Of a DNA stretch of 64,000 nucleotides, positions 34,248 through 45,194 are shown piece after piece; within the stretch, counting starts at the first letter, position 1, and every line of letters starts with the position of its first letter. A program made the translations under genes and the position numbers. The DNA lies in NCBI GenBank assembly GCA_977017575.1, contig CDRNVI010000047.1, positions 248,001 to 312,000 on the forward strand, in the 5' to 3' direction. The notes beneath the pieces are model-generated. The model worked only from the letters and a program-made list of their open reading frames with translations. It had not been told where the DNA came from and did no database searches. The DNA is from Paramoeba atlantica. Taxonomy: Eukaryota; Protista; Discosea.

Positions 34248-35585
34248 ATGCAAGTTACAACTAGCCCCCAAAAGGAGGAACAAAAAATACTCACTCCTTC
34301 CCAACTAAACACGGGCCTGCATGTTCTCGCAAGTCAAGGTCTCGCCATTCCCGCGGTACGCCGCAAGAATGTTATTTCTCTTGGTCCCTTTCCTATTTCA
34401 CCAAACTTACGCATCTCGCAGTATCCTGGAAAGACTCCCTGGGTTTCCCCACGAAGCTTACTTATTTACCCCATTTTGTGCAGGCATGAAAATTGCCGAC
34501 ATTATGAAAATGAATCACTTGATGCAAACCTGCTGAATGAGACAATATTGGATCAACTCTTATCGTCTCCAGATCCCTATTTCTTTTCCTCTCTCGCCAG
34601 TGTTCTGGATGTATTGCTAAGTGTTCTTGATTTTCGCATTGCGGAACGAAAAGTATATGGGAGTTGTTCCTACTTTACCCCCGGCAAGGCTCTTCCTTTT
34701 GGCATTACCCCTTTGGAAAATGACGCTCATGTGAAAGAAAATTTGGACATAAATCGCATCAACGATACACTCGAAGTCAGTTTCCCCATCGGAGTCTCTC
34801 CTCGTTGGAAACGACATTCGCTTCCTTATCTTTGCGTAAGATTTCTCCATCCGCTCTATCACGACGCCGTGGTCTCACATCTTTGCACAGTTGGGAACTA
34901 TTTTATCTCCTCCCAGGGGTTCTATGACCCGTACCTCTGGTGTTCCCCAGCTGGGATCGAATCTCTTCTTCCGGTTCTTCTACACAAATCACAAAACAGT
35001 TCGGATAGCTCTTTAGAAGCCTCCTGGGAAAGTGTGAATCTCCGACCTGGTGGGCAAACTATTTATTATAGTGATCGCTGGAGAAATGTTACCTCACTCC
35101 TGGCAAAAATCTTTCCTTTTCTGAGCGATTCCTCCTTTCTGGATGTTCTTCGTTTAGCGAAAATGCCAGAAAATTCTCAATGGAGCCTTACGGGGTTCTC
35201 ATTCGAGGAGGAGACAGAGGAACAGAATATGGAGGAAATGGATGAAGAATCTCCTTGGATTAGAGTTTTACGTTATATTCGCAGATGGCATGGCTTTCAA
35301 CAGCGGCAACGAATTACGAAGTGGCGTTCTCAGTTGTGTGCCAGCTGTGTTGAAAACGAAATATGGCACAGCCATTCACTGGAACGAGAAAATCAAACTG
35401 AAAATGCATCGAAGGCCACAAATCCTTTTAGTCTTAGCGCAGAGGATGAAGGATGGGAACTTCGAGTGCGAAATGTACAACACATCCCCTCGCAATACTT
35501 ACTTCGGTACTCCGTGCCTAGAGTGATATCACTTTCCTCGCAGTATCGAACTAAAGAGTGCACGTGTCGTATGGTATTTGCATGA
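34248..35585 (+). CDS. hypothetical protein
   Basis: ~445-aa ORF in the polycistronic orientation; no motif recognised. Confidence 0.65.
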   Translation: MQVTTSPQKEEQKILTPSQLNTGLHVLASQGLAIPAVRRKNVISLGPFPISPNLRISQYPGKTPWVSPRSLLIYPILCRHENCRHYENESLDANLLNETILDQLLSSPDPYFFSSLASVLDVLLSVLDFRIAERKVYGSCSYFTPGKALPFGITPLENDAHVKENLDINRINDTLEVSFPIGVSPRWKRHSLPYLCVRFLHPLYHDAVVSHLCTVGNYFISSQGFYDPYLWCSPAGIESLLPVLLHKSQNSSDSSLEASWESVNLRPGGQTIYYSDRWRNVTSLLAKIFPFLSDSSFLDVLRLAKMPENSQWSLTGFSFEEETEEQNMEEMDEESPWIRVLRYIRRWHGFQQRQRITKWRSQLCASCVENEIWHSHSLERENQTENASKATNPFSLSAEDEGWELRVRNVQHIPSQYLLRYSVPRVISLSSQYRTKECTCRMVFA

Positions 35586-35703
35586 GAAAGAATCTCCGCG
35601 AACCCTTCTTTTTTTTCTTATTTGGAGGAGAGAACATTCATATGATCCTTCGTTGATGTCGTAAGAACATTAACTCGCATTTTATTTGCTCTTACATTTT
35701 ATC

Positions 35704-36519
35704 ATGCCTTACATGATCTACTCATCGTTCGCCTTTTTTGAAGCTGCCGATGACTCAAATAGAACTGTGCAAAAAACGCGTCGCGGTAAAGTCCGAGGTA
35801 CTAACATACCGCAGGAATATGAACTTGCACAGTTTGTTCAAAATTTATTAAATCCGGATCCCACATGGTATTCCTCCGTGCCTTTATGCGAATGGCATGG
35901 CGTGACGTGCGACGAAGACTCACAAGTACGTCAGATTGATTGGAGTTCCATGCGTCTTACAGGGTCACTTCAATGGCGCCATTTGTGCCATATATTACGT
36001 AGATTGTTATTATGGCAAAACAAACTTACCGGAAGTGTACCACTCGATGTGTTGCCACGTGGGATAATGGAAATGGACTTATCGATCAATGAATTTGCGG
36101 GGGAATTGGATTTGCTACATTTACCACATGCCATGAATGAACTTTATCTAAGAAGTAACAAGTTTGAAGGACGCGTGGATCTTACTCACTTGCCTCCAAC
36201 ATTAAAATTTTTGACGATCAACAGGAATCATCTTTGTGGGGAAGTTGAACTAGGTCGCTTACCGAGAACCATGAAGCATTTGGACATATCGCGAAATCAT
36301 TTTACAGGACCGCTCGACATACAGCACTTGCCTCCATCACTCCAGAATCTCAGATGCCACGATAATCTGTTCAATGGTCTTGTGATGTTTGACCGTCTTC
36401 CGTTACACATGGGCGAACTGCATTTGGCTAATAATCCTGACCTACATGGTGAACTGGATAAATCGAATTTTCCGAAAACATTGCATAATGTGTATGTGTT
36501 CGGCACAAAGATATCCTGA
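35704..36519 (+). CDS. LRR protein (member 11)
   Basis: KVRGTNIPQEYEL..CEWHGVTC plus LRRs. Confidence 0.9.
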   Translation: MPYMIYSSFAFFEAADDSNRTVQKTRRGKVRGTNIPQEYELAQFVQNLLNPDPTWYSSVPLCEWHGVTCDEDSQVRQIDWSSMRLTGSLQWRHLCHILRRLLLWQNKLTGSVPLDVLPRGIMEMDLSINEFAGELDLLHLPHAMNELYLRSNKFEGRVDLTHLPPTLKFLTINRNHLCGEVELGRLPRTMKHLDISRNHFTGPLDIQHLPPSLQNLRCHDNLFNGLVMFDRLPLHMGELHLANNPDLHGELDKSNFPKTLHNVYVFGTKIS

Positions 36520-36802
36520 CACTTTTTTATTTAGACACAGATGATTACTCTCGTGTGTGTTAGTTAAAGTACTGTAAAATGATCCAGTTTTCCAAGCAAA
36601 AAAGCCTTACTTGTGGTATCAAGGCAATGAAAAAATCGCATGATCTCATTTGATCTCAGTTTTTTACTCATTTATAAAACGTTCCCATAAAAAGCTGTTC
36701 ACTACGGATATTATGGATGCGAAGTTTGTTCCTATTCAAATGCCAATAAGTTTACTTGTCCTTTTATCGGAAGCCTCTTGACATGGTCTTTATCGAAGGT
36801 AC

Positions 36803-38152
36803 ATGACGATTAATACGACGTTATCTGAGGAGCCTGAGGTATCATTGAAGGAAACGAAAGGCGAAGCAGAAAAAAATCTTAAAAAGCACGGCGCACTTGA
36901 CAGAGGTGCACCAAATGTTTCCAAGGTGCCTGCGAACCCATTCTTCGTAAGTTCCGAACAAGAGACGAGACTTGAGAAAGAAATACAACACTTGAGTGTT
37001 CAGCACCGTCTTCGTGTTCAAAAATTAGAGGCTTCTCAACGGCGCATTGACCGCGAATTACAGCAAAGAGAGAGCGTCATTCAAGACTTACGCATGCAGC
37101 TATCTTTTTTGAAGAAACAATTGTCCAAGCGAGAACATGTTATTTCTACAGAAGACGATAAAACCTGGAGTGCAGTCGATTCTACAACAGAGTTTCAGAA
37201 CATTTATCATCGACTGGGAACATCTTTGGCATTGCTGGAAAAGGACGTGCATGAAACTGTACAAATTTTCGTGAATTTGGCTGCTTTGCATGACTCGCAA
37301 GAAAAACACTGCAAGGATTTATATAACGCAAACGAGCAGTTAAAAACACAAAATAGTACGCTAGACCTGAAATTGCAGCAGCTAGAACGTTTTAATGAAG
37401 ATAATAGCAAGACAATGAAGCATCTCTCAAATGCATTGGAGTGTGAAAGAACTGAAAGCGGATCTCTCTCCAAAGAAAATAAAATATTACAGAGCGTTTC
37501 ACCGATCATGGAAGCTTATGTATTGGCTTTGAATCAAACAAGAGAGTTGGCATGCATCAAAGGAGCAGATTTAGAAATTGCTTTAAAAAATGTGGAGAGT
37601 GGTACTGAGCTAGTGCAAGAACAAATGAATCATGCTCAAAACTGGGTAACAAGAAGAAATATAACTCGACATCCAATTTTCGTACCCTTGAGTGCTTGCA
37701 AGGTATCGCAAGAACGTAGTGCACTGAAATGGATTTCAAGTTTGTTTTCTTCTCGAGAGCACTCGAACGTCAAATCTTACAACGACTCGTGTTCTCAATG
37801 TTTGGACGTTTTTTTACGTTATACCCGTCTTGGTGTTCAAATACAGTCTATGGAGGCCCAGAATGTACAATTCAACGAAATAATTCACGAGTTCTTAAAC
37901 GCGACTGTTAATATTGATCTACGTGAATATCAGAGGCAGGACGATGACAATCAAAAATTGTGCAAAGAGGCTCAAAATGAGCGGTCCGAGGCGCAACAAG
38001 CACTTAAATCTCTTCAAAGCACGCAAATCAGTCTTCAGAAAAAGACAGATTCTCTGGAAGGTGAGGCTGCAATACTCCGTCGAAATAATTTGGAGTTGAA
38101 AGCAGCACTGCATCGCATTGCCACGGAACGAAAACTCTATCATGAAACATGA
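36803..38152 (+). CDS. coiled-coil hypothetical protein
   Basis: 449-aa ORF rich in E/Q/K/L heptads. Confidence 0.7.
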   Translation: MTINTTLSEEPEVSLKETKGEAEKNLKKHGALDRGAPNVSKVPANPFFVSSEQETRLEKEIQHLSVQHRLRVQKLEASQRRIDRELQQRESVIQDLRMQLSFLKKQLSKREHVISTEDDKTWSAVDSTTEFQNIYHRLGTSLALLEKDVHETVQIFVNLAALHDSQEKHCKDLYNANEQLKTQNSTLDLKLQQLERFNEDNSKTMKHLSNALECERTESGSLSKENKILQSVSPIMEAYVLALNQTRELACIKGADLEIALKNVESGTELVQEQMNHAQNWVTRRNITRHPIFVPLSACKVSQERSALKWISSLFSSREHSNVKSYNDSCSQCLDVFLRYTRLGVQIQSMEAQNVQFNEIIHEFLNATVNIDLREYQRQDDDNQKLCKEAQNERSEAQQALKSLQSTQISLQKKTDSLEGEAAILRRNNLELKAALHRIATERKLYHET

Positions 38153-38472
38153 GCTCTTACATGCATTATCCATGCGTTCCTATCCTTGAAAGTTTTATTA
38201 TTTTCCAATGTTAATAATCCAGAAAAACGTATAAGAACGGCTCCCGGTGTCATCCGCACGGTTGAAATCACAATACTAACTTATTGAAGACTTGCATTCA
38301 AATACTTGCACGACTGTCATTGCCGCGATTTATTCATTATTTTCTTTGATTTCTTTTTTTTATCTTTTGCTCTTGAGTCTTCTTCACTTTCTTTCGAACC
38401 CCACTTACGGACTATAAAATAAATTTTGGCGTACTTTTGATGTCTTTTCGTTCATTTAAGTAATTCTTTTTC

Positions 38473-38880
38473 AGGCTCTTCGTTAAACGCGGTGGTTGTT
38501 TTCAACTTAGAAGTCACTCATGCTGCGCTCTTCGCGTTGAAAACTACCACCGCGTTAAACGCAGAGCCTAAAAAAGAAAAATTGGTCAGGAAAGCTGAAG
38601 AAAACGGAAAGATTATAGCCAAAAATAGCCGATTTTCGGGTAAAAACGGGGTGATTTTCGCGTATTTTTGCTCTCAAAGCACTAAATCTGATGTTTGCGT
38701 GTGGGAAATGACTCGTAGGGATGAAGCAAAGCCTACCGAACGTGTTGGGTGGAGAATGCGACTCCAACCACACCATTCTTTCGACACACAAAGGCCCCTT
38801 GGGGTCCGAAAAATACTTTTTCACCTTCTTTGGTCAAAAATGTGTCATTTTGAGGGGCGCACCACCGCTCGAAGAAAGGA
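38473..38880 (+). mobile_element. partial copy of the long-hairpin element
   Basis: Hairpin at 38473-38575 plus body aligning to 30570-30870. Confidence 0.8.
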
Positions 38881-38934
38881 TACACCTTGTGAAAGGATGT
38901 ACCTTGTGAAAACAACGGCCGAGAAATATTAGTA

Positions 38935-39113
38935 TTTTTTCTTGTGAAAATGTGTTAAAACGCTTCTTTGGGTTATCCCCGAGGCCCTCAACATGCAGAC
39001 ACCCACCCCCTACCCCCTATACGCCTCCTGTGGGGCTCCCGAGCCAAATCTCTCTTACTGGGGGTCAGCCCAAAACTGGCTAGGTGGGGTACCTTACTGG
39101 GGGAAGTATACGG
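38935..39113. repeat. right part of a CCGTA-type MITE
   Basis: Shares segments with 11345-11392 and, inverted, with 15705-15735; ends TATACGG|TA. Confidence 0.55.
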
Positions 39114-39407
39114 TAAGCTTAAAAACTCATAGGCTGGTCCTGTACTAATCTCGTTTTACGAACGCTATCTAGGGTAACAAACGGTGGGAAACGCGCTAGC
39201 TTTTTTTGAGATCTGTTGAATGCCGAAGGAATTGGGTCAAAATCTCTTACGGTGTGCTCTGGAGCCTGGGGGTGGGGGGGAGCAAGCCAAGAGCTGGACT
39301 GTGTATGATTGTGCTGCTTTGTTTCTAAAACAATAAGGCGAGTGAGTCTGATACCGTTTATGTCTTTTCCGTTTTATTTTGATTTTGAGTTTATATTCCT
39401 GCTTCTG

Positions 39408-42400
39408 ATGAAAATAGAAGGACTATTGCAACAGTCGGTGAGGCATTACTACTCTTTGGATCCTTCCATGAGTGTAGAAGCGGCCTTGCAATTCATTTAT
39501 CGAAATGCACAAGCGCGTCTTCGTCAGATGGTGGGGCACACTCTTGCTGCTGAGAAGCAGTCAAGCGACAGTTCTGCGCAGCCCGGGGAAGAGACCCTTC
39601 GGGATGGAAGTCTGACCTTAGAAGCCGAAAAGGCGCTTTCAGAATTTAATGAAGCCGCTTATTTGGGTCAACCTTCGAAACATCAGGAATGTTATAACTA
39701 CATTGAGCCCATTGCCAAGCATCACGCAATGTACGAAATTTTCGAAGGAGATTTACTAAATTGGTACATCGCTTTGGGAATCAATGCCTTGCTATCCGGA
39801 TTCTCAAGGCGACAACTTGAAGCGACGGCAAGAGGCATTGGGTTACCGACGAAACACATTCAGCCTGCAGCACGATGGACGTTGACATGCTTTATTTCCC
39901 GTTTATCTTTGGACGGGACGTTTTGTAATCTTGTTTCTATTGCTCACCGACCTGAGACTTCACATCCCACGAGTGAGCTTGCACAACCAACGGAGCCTTC
40001 GGAATTATCCGTAGAGGCGCCGGTTTCAAGCGATCTAGCCTTTAATGCACAACCTTTAGCACAGTCACTCGTCATGGACTCAGATCCATCCAATTTAAAA
40101 GCATCAACTGCTACCCAAGAATCTGCACTGCCAACTGAATCAACACCCCCACCCTCCAAAACCGCACTTCTTACAAATCTCGCTCCTTCTACGTCTTTTT
40201 CATTAGCCTCTTCTGCCAATCTTTCGGCCACTGGAAAAGACAGCTCCTTTGAGACACCCCCGGCACGACCCTCTCCTACCTCACAATTGCGCTCTTCTCC
40301 GTTAAGTTTGTTTCCCGAAACCCATCCCTCCCCGAATGATGCAACTCCTACCAGCATCAACCCCCCTTCCAGCCGCAAAAGAACATTTCTTGCCAAAGTA
40401 GACAACACTTTTGGATTGTCCTCGACCAAAAAAAACAGGATAACAAAATCCCCCACATCATCCGAAACCCCAGAAAAGGGACAAGAAACCAAAACAACCC
40501 CTACCCGCCCGTCGAAAGCTCGCAACTCTCGCACCCTCAAAGACACCAACCCCAAACCTCCCCGTCCAAGCCATAAAAAACAAAAAACAACTTCACTCCA
40601 ACCCAACACCACATTCTCTACCCCTTCACCAACGCAACCTAACAACAACAACAACAACAGCCCCTTCGTCTCCCTATCCACCATAACAACCCTTATCCCC
40701 TCCGAGACTCCCCGTCCCCTCTCTACACCCCCCATGGCCGCTACCCCTACACCCCCTATGGCCACTGCGGCCTCTACCCCCACAAGTCCTATCGCCACTA
40801 CCCCCACAAATACCATCGCCACTGCGGCCTCTACCCCCACAAGTACTATGGCCGCTCCCCCCACCCCCGATGAGCTCATCGCCCTCTGCACGGACCCCAG
40901 CCGCTCCGTCCCCGTCCACTGGGTCACCTCCGCCGACCCCCCCGTCCCCGCCGCCACGGCCCACGCCATGCTCACCGCCCCCGCCCGCGTCCCCCACGCT
41001 ACCCTGGTGGCGCACCGGCCCCCGATCGGGCCCGACACCTCGGCGTGGCAGCTGCTGCAGTGGTACCGGGTGGGGGAGCTGGAGGGGTACGCGCGGGGGA
41101 GGGGGGTGGGGTGCGGGGGGGCGGGGAAGCGGCGGGGGAGGCTGGTGGGGGCCCTGCTGAGGTACTGGGGGAAGGGCGGGGGGAGGGGGAGGGGGGGGAG
41201 GGAACGGGGGGGGAAGGGGGAGGTGGTGGGTGGGGAAGAGGGGGAGGTGGTGGGTGGGGAAGAGGGGAGGGGAAAGGAGGAGGGGGGGGAAGGGGAAGGG
41301 GAGAAGGGTTGTGTAGGGGAAGAGAGGGAGGTGGTGGGTGGGGAAGAGGGGGTGGTGGTGGGTGGGGAAGAGGGGGTGGTGGTGGGTGGGGAAGAGGGGG
41401 TGGTGGTGGGTGGGGAAGAGGGGGTGGTGGTGGGTGGGGAAGAGGGGGTGGTGGTGGGTGGGGAAAAGGGGAGGGGAAAGGAGGAGGGGGGGGAAGGGGA
41501 AGGGGAGAAGGGTTGTGTAGGGGAAGAAAGGGAGGTGGTGGGTGGGGAAGAGGGGAGGGGAAAGGAGGAGGGGGAAGGGGAAGGGGAGAAGGGTTCTGTG
41601 GGGGAAGAGAGGGAGGTGGTGGGTGGGGAAGAGGGGGTGGTGGGTGGGGAAGAGGGGGAGGTGGTGGGTGGGGAAGAGGGGAGGGGAAAGGAGGAGGGGG
41701 GGGAAGGGGAAGGGGAGAAGGGTTGTGTAGGGGAAGAGAGGGAGGTGGTGGGTGGGGAAGAGGGGGTGGTGGGTGGGGAAGAGGGGGTGGTGGTGGGTGG
41801 GGAAGAGGGGGTGGTGGTGGGTGGGGAAGAGGGGGTGGTGGTGGGTGGGGAAAAGGGGAGGGGAAAGGAGGAGGGGGGGGAAGGGGAAGGGGAGAAGGGT
41901 TGTGTAGGGGAAGAAAGGGAGGTGGTGGGTGGGGAAGAGGGGAGGGGAAAGGAGGAGGGGGAAGGGGAAGGGGAGAAGGGTTCTGTGGGGGAAGAGAGGG
42001 AGGTGGTGGGTGGGGAAGAGGGAAAGGAGAAGGGGGGAGGGGAGAAGGGTTCTGTAGGGGAAGAGAGGGAGATGGTGGGTGGGGAAGAGGGAAAGGAGAA
42101 GGGGGAAGGGGAAGGGGAGAAGAGTTCTTCTCGGGGAGATGAGGGGGGTGGGGAGGAAGTGGAAAAGGGGGAGAACGAGGGGGGGAAGTCTTCTCGGGAA
42201 GAAGGAGAACTCGAGAGGGAGGAGGAAGAAGAAAAGGGGGGGAAAGAGGTTGTAGTGATTTCGCAGGATGTGTCGCAAGATTCGGCGTTGCGAGAGGTAT
42301 CGCAAGGCGGTATTTTTTCGGAAAATGGTGGGGAGAAGGAGCGAGGCGGGGAGAAGGAGCGAGGCGGGGAGAATGGTACAGAGGCGGGTGCAGGGGTGGT

Positions 42401-42434
42401 GGAGATGGATCACATTTTGGGTGATCCGGCTTAG
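39408..42434 (+). CDS. hypothetical protein with P/T/S-rich middle, possible SAP-like motif and G/E/V-rich tandem-repeat tail
   Basis: ~1000-aa ORF; globular N-terminus; [32 protein letters not shown]; EGVVVGGE and [13 protein letters not shown] repeats. Confidence 0.7.
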   Translation: MKIEGLLQQSVRHYYSLDPSMSVEAALQFIYRNAQARLRQMVGHTLAAEKQSSDSSAQPGEETLRDGSLTLEAEKALSEFNEAAYLGQPSKHQECYNYIEPIAKHHAMYEIFEGDLLNWYIALGINALLSGFSRRQLEATARGIGLPTKHIQPAARWTLTCFISRLSLDGTFCNLVSIAHRPETSHPTSELAQPTEPSELSVEAPVSSDLAFNAQPLAQSLVMDSDPSNLKASTATQESALPTESTPPPSKTALLTNLAPSTSFSLASSANLSATGKDSSFETPPARPSPTSQLRSSPLSLFPETHPSPNDATPTSINPPSSRKRTFLAKVDNTFGLSSTKKNRITKSPTSSETPEKGQETKTTPTRPSKARNSRTLKDTNPKPPRPSHKKQKTTSLQPNTTFSTPSPTQPNNNNNNSPFVSLSTITTLIPSETPRPLSTPPMAATPTPPMATAASTPTSPIATTPTNTIATAASTPTSTMAAPPTPDELIALCTDPSRSVPVHWVTSADPPVPAATAHAMLTAPARVPHATLVAHRPPIGPDTSAWQLLQWYRVGELEGYARGRGVGCGGAGKRRGRLVGALLRYWGKGGGRGRGGRERGGKGEVVGGEEGEVVGGEEGRGKEEGGEGEGEKGCVGEEREVVGGEEGVVVGGEEGVVVGGEEGVVVGGEEGVVVGGEEGVVVGGEKGRGKEEGGEGEGEKGCVGEEREVVGGEEGRGKEEGEGEGEKGSVGEEREVVGGEEGVVGGEEGEVVGGEEGRGKEEGGEGEGEKGCVGEEREVVGGEEGVVGGEEGVVVGGEEGVVVGGEEGVVVGGEKGRGKEEGGEGEGEKGCVGEEREVVGGEEGRGKEEGEGEGEKGSVGEEREVVGGEEGKEKGGGEKGSVGEEREMVGGEEGKEKGEGEGEKSSSRGDEGGGEEVEKGENEGGKSSREEGELEREEEEEKGGKEVVVISQDVSQDSALREVSQGGIFSENGGEKERGGEKERGGENGTEAGAGVVEMDHILGDPA
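41190..42130 (+). repeat. G/A-rich hierarchical minisatellite (GGTGGTGGGTGGGGAAGAGGG units)
   Basis: 21-nt units nested in larger ~400-nt duplicated blocks. Confidence 0.9.
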
Positions 42435-42809
42435 CAGGGGGATCGACTGCAGAGAAGCTGCATCCCGAAGGACTAGGTGAGTCGGAAATGAGAGACTCAA
42501 ATGTGCACGACGTTGAAGGAAAGAGATCAATGCCCGAAAGCGAGAGTTCTCCTCCAGACCTTCATTGAAAAGAGGTTTGCATGGGATCCCTTGTCTTAAA
42601 ACTCTCTCTTGTCTTAAAATCTTTAAAAGGAGATTTTTTTGTTAAAGTACCATATTTATGTTTTCTGAAAATGGTATCATTTACATTATTTTGAATACAT
42701 ATCTTAAAGAGTAGTTCTGGAAAATCTCGTATTTGTGATGTTATACATGTTCTGGTTTGCAAGATTAAGATTTCAAGATACGATTGTCAAGAGCCTCCGA
42801 TAAAAAGAC

Positions 42810-43960
42810 GTCGAAGTTCCAGTCCTACCATCGATTATCTTTCGTCTTCGCAATCTACAGGAGTCCACCTGAGCACGACATGCTGAGGGTGGTATGTCCG
42901 CCCTTTCCATCTTGACCCTCTCCCACAACTCTCGGACACCTCTTGGGGGATCATAGTGTGCTGCAAGGCGCCGCTTGAGTCTCAATGGGATTAAAGTCAG
43001 GGGATTGCGGGGGCCACCGCACAACTTCAATCCTGGTACCCCGAAGGTACCGTTGCGCACAACGGATTGCTCTTGGGGTCGTTATCTTGTTGGGAGACAG
43101 CCTTGGAGGATTTAGACCGATACTTTCGATAGAGGGGAAAAGATTCTCAAGAATCTTCAGGTTCCCTTGAACCAGAGTTGTTTTTTTCATGCACTTATAA
43201 TGCAGAGATTTGCCTCACTACATGTCCTTACCCCGCATACGACGGGTGGATCACGCGAGGGTTCGCCTTCGCCTGTGGCAAGTGGGTGCAGAGAGCTGGC
43301 GTCCCAGGTGCAGAGAGCTCGGTTGTCATGTGCAGGTGCAGAGAGCCGGATGCGTAATCCCCATATTACAGTTTCGGGGGCAATCCGGGTGCAGAGAGCT
43401 GCGACAGAGTCGAGGTGTGGAGAGCTGGGTGACCGCCAGGTGCGGAGAGCCGGAAGTCGTAGCGAAGGACACGTCTAGTGGTCCTTAAGGGAGGCCACCG
43501 TGACGCATTACCTCCTCGGAAAGGTAGACACGAGAAAGAAAAGCCGAGAGAGGGAAGCACACTCACTCCAGGAGAGTGAGTCGGGGAGGGGTGAAGGGTG
43601 AAAGGCGCGTCCCCTGCTTCAACGAAAAGAGGGACAGTCCTGACCTTAGTGCCGGCCGGCAACGGGCATATAATTACAGTAAGACTATGCCTGTTGCCGT
43701 GGAAAGAAAGGATGAACAACAAGGTACAGAAACTGTATCTTTATACACATACCCCACACCGCTTCAGGACATACGTCCAAATCATGATGTCCTCCCCTCC
43801 ATATTTCACCGTAGGGATCACCCCTTTTCCACCTAGTTCCTCCCCAGGAATCCCTCATGCACAAAGACCTCCCCGTTTGAAAGCGCGAGATATTGGTCTC
43901 GTCCGACCACACAACTGGGGCCCAGTACTCATGGGCTGTAGCAAAGTACTATTTTTTACA
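42810..43960 (-). pseudogene. Tc1/mariner (DDE) transposase remnant interrupted by SINE A3
   Basis: Minus-strand motifs VVWSDET, PTVKYGG..IMIW, QQDNDPK, WPPQSPDFNPIE, ELWERV; several frameshifts. Confidence 0.85.
43178..43744 (-). mobile_element. SL-headed SINE-like element, type A, copy A3 (spliced form)
   Basis: Reverse-strand SL exon at 43717-43744 joined directly to TTCATCC; the 15-nt GT..AG segment of A1 is absent; same 3' hairpin plus A-rich tail. Confidence 0.88.
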
Positions 43961-44183
43961 AAGATCTACAAAATGCAACAAAAATGAGCAAAAACGGATA
44001 AAATAAGAGAATCAAAATTTCCCAGGGGGGCGCACTTCTGAGAAGGGGTGTATTTCCGTTTCGTGTTTCTGGGGACTATACTATTCGCAAAGAAACCATA
44101 CTTTGAATGTGAATAATAACCTTGAGGGTGGTATACACAGTCACAAACCTATTCTCAACCACCCACATTTTCACACCCCCACC

Positions 44184-45005
44184 ATGTACCCCCTATCCCT
44201 CGCGGACTCTGCCCGACCCGCACGGGTCCGGGGGGCTCAGCTTCCCCCTGAATACGACCTCGACCGGTTCCTTGGCGATATCTCTCCTCGTCATCCCTCC
44301 TGGACCCTCTCCCGTCCCGTGGACCAGTGGTCCGGGGTGTACCTGGACAAGGAACGCCACCACGTGTGTCGTATCCGGTGGGATGACCGCAAGCTACGTG
44401 GTCGCCCCTTGTGGACCCACCTCCCTCCCACCCTCACCTCCCTAACCCTTGGCACCGCCCAAGGGGGGAATGCCCTGGACGGGGCTGTGGGGTTCGCCTC
44501 CCTTCCCCGCTCCCTGTGTGAGCTGCAACTCACCCATAACCGGTTCAGTGGGCCGTTGGCAACCCGGAACCTCCCGCATGAGTTGCGGGTGCTCGCTGCG
44601 GTGGACAATGTCCTCGAGGGGACACTAGAGTTGGCTGAGCTCCCTGTGGGGATAAGGGAGGTGTTGTTGTCCCGGAACCGGTTCCACGGAGCCGTGAATC
44701 TCTCCGCTCTCCCGTTTAAGATTCGTATGTTGACACTGTCGCATAATGCGTTCACAGGGTCGGTGGGGTTCTCGGCGTTGCCGCAGTCTATGGAACAGCT
44801 TACGCTGTCGCATAACCAGTTAAGTGGGGAGGTGGAGATTCGAAATCTCCCAGCAGGGTTTATGCGACTGCTTGCTTCCCACAATCAGTTTAGTGGAGTA
44901 GCTGTGCTGGAGAAGATTCCTTCCGGTGTGATTCGGGTGGATTTGTCGTGGAATAAGGGTCTACGCGCGCCGAAGGAGTTCGTGCCCTCTTGTGTGGAAT
45001 TTTGA
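44184..45005 (+). CDS. LRR protein (member 12)
   Basis: RVRGAQLPPEYDLDRF..PSW..WSGV plus LRRs. Confidence 0.9.
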   Translation: MYPLSLADSARPARVRGAQLPPEYDLDRFLGDISPRHPSWTLSRPVDQWSGVYLDKERHHVCRIRWDDRKLRGRPLWTHLPPTLTSLTLGTAQGGNALDGAVGFASLPRSLCELQLTHNRFSGPLATRNLPHELRVLAAVDNVLEGTLELAELPVGIREVLLSRNRFHGAVNLSALPFKIRMLTLSHNAFTGSVGFSALPQSMEQLTLSHNQLSGEVEIRNLPAGFMRLLASHNQFSGVAVLEKIPSGVIRVDLSWNKGLRAPKEFVPSCVEF

Positions 45006-45194
45006 AGCGTTGCAGTTTGTATTTGTTTAATGGGGTAAAGGTGATCATTTCAAGGTGAAGGAAAAACCCTGAAGTAAAATTAGCGCTTTGGAAATACATA
45101 TTGTATCCGCCGACAATCCGCACTTTTTTATACTAAACGTTACAAGTACGATATTACTTTTTCGTTTCATTCATCAGAACTTTGCTTCATATGT

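Noticed and set aside
41190-42130. Telomeric repeat
   Set aside because: Units are GGTGGTGGGTGGGGAAGAGGG variants inside an ORF, not TTAGGG arrays.
39944-42530. Long antisense and alternative-frame ORFs (364, 618 and 365 aa)
   Set aside because: They are shadows of the stop-poor G/C-skewed repeat. The same applies to the overlapping ORFs in GC-rich genes such as 3267-3932, 4247-4840, 23840-24691 and 24163-24879.
44025-44055. Possible left TIR of the Tc1 remnant (TA-CACCCCTTCTCAGAAG on minus)
   Set aside because: No matching inverted copy was found beyond the transposase 3' end.
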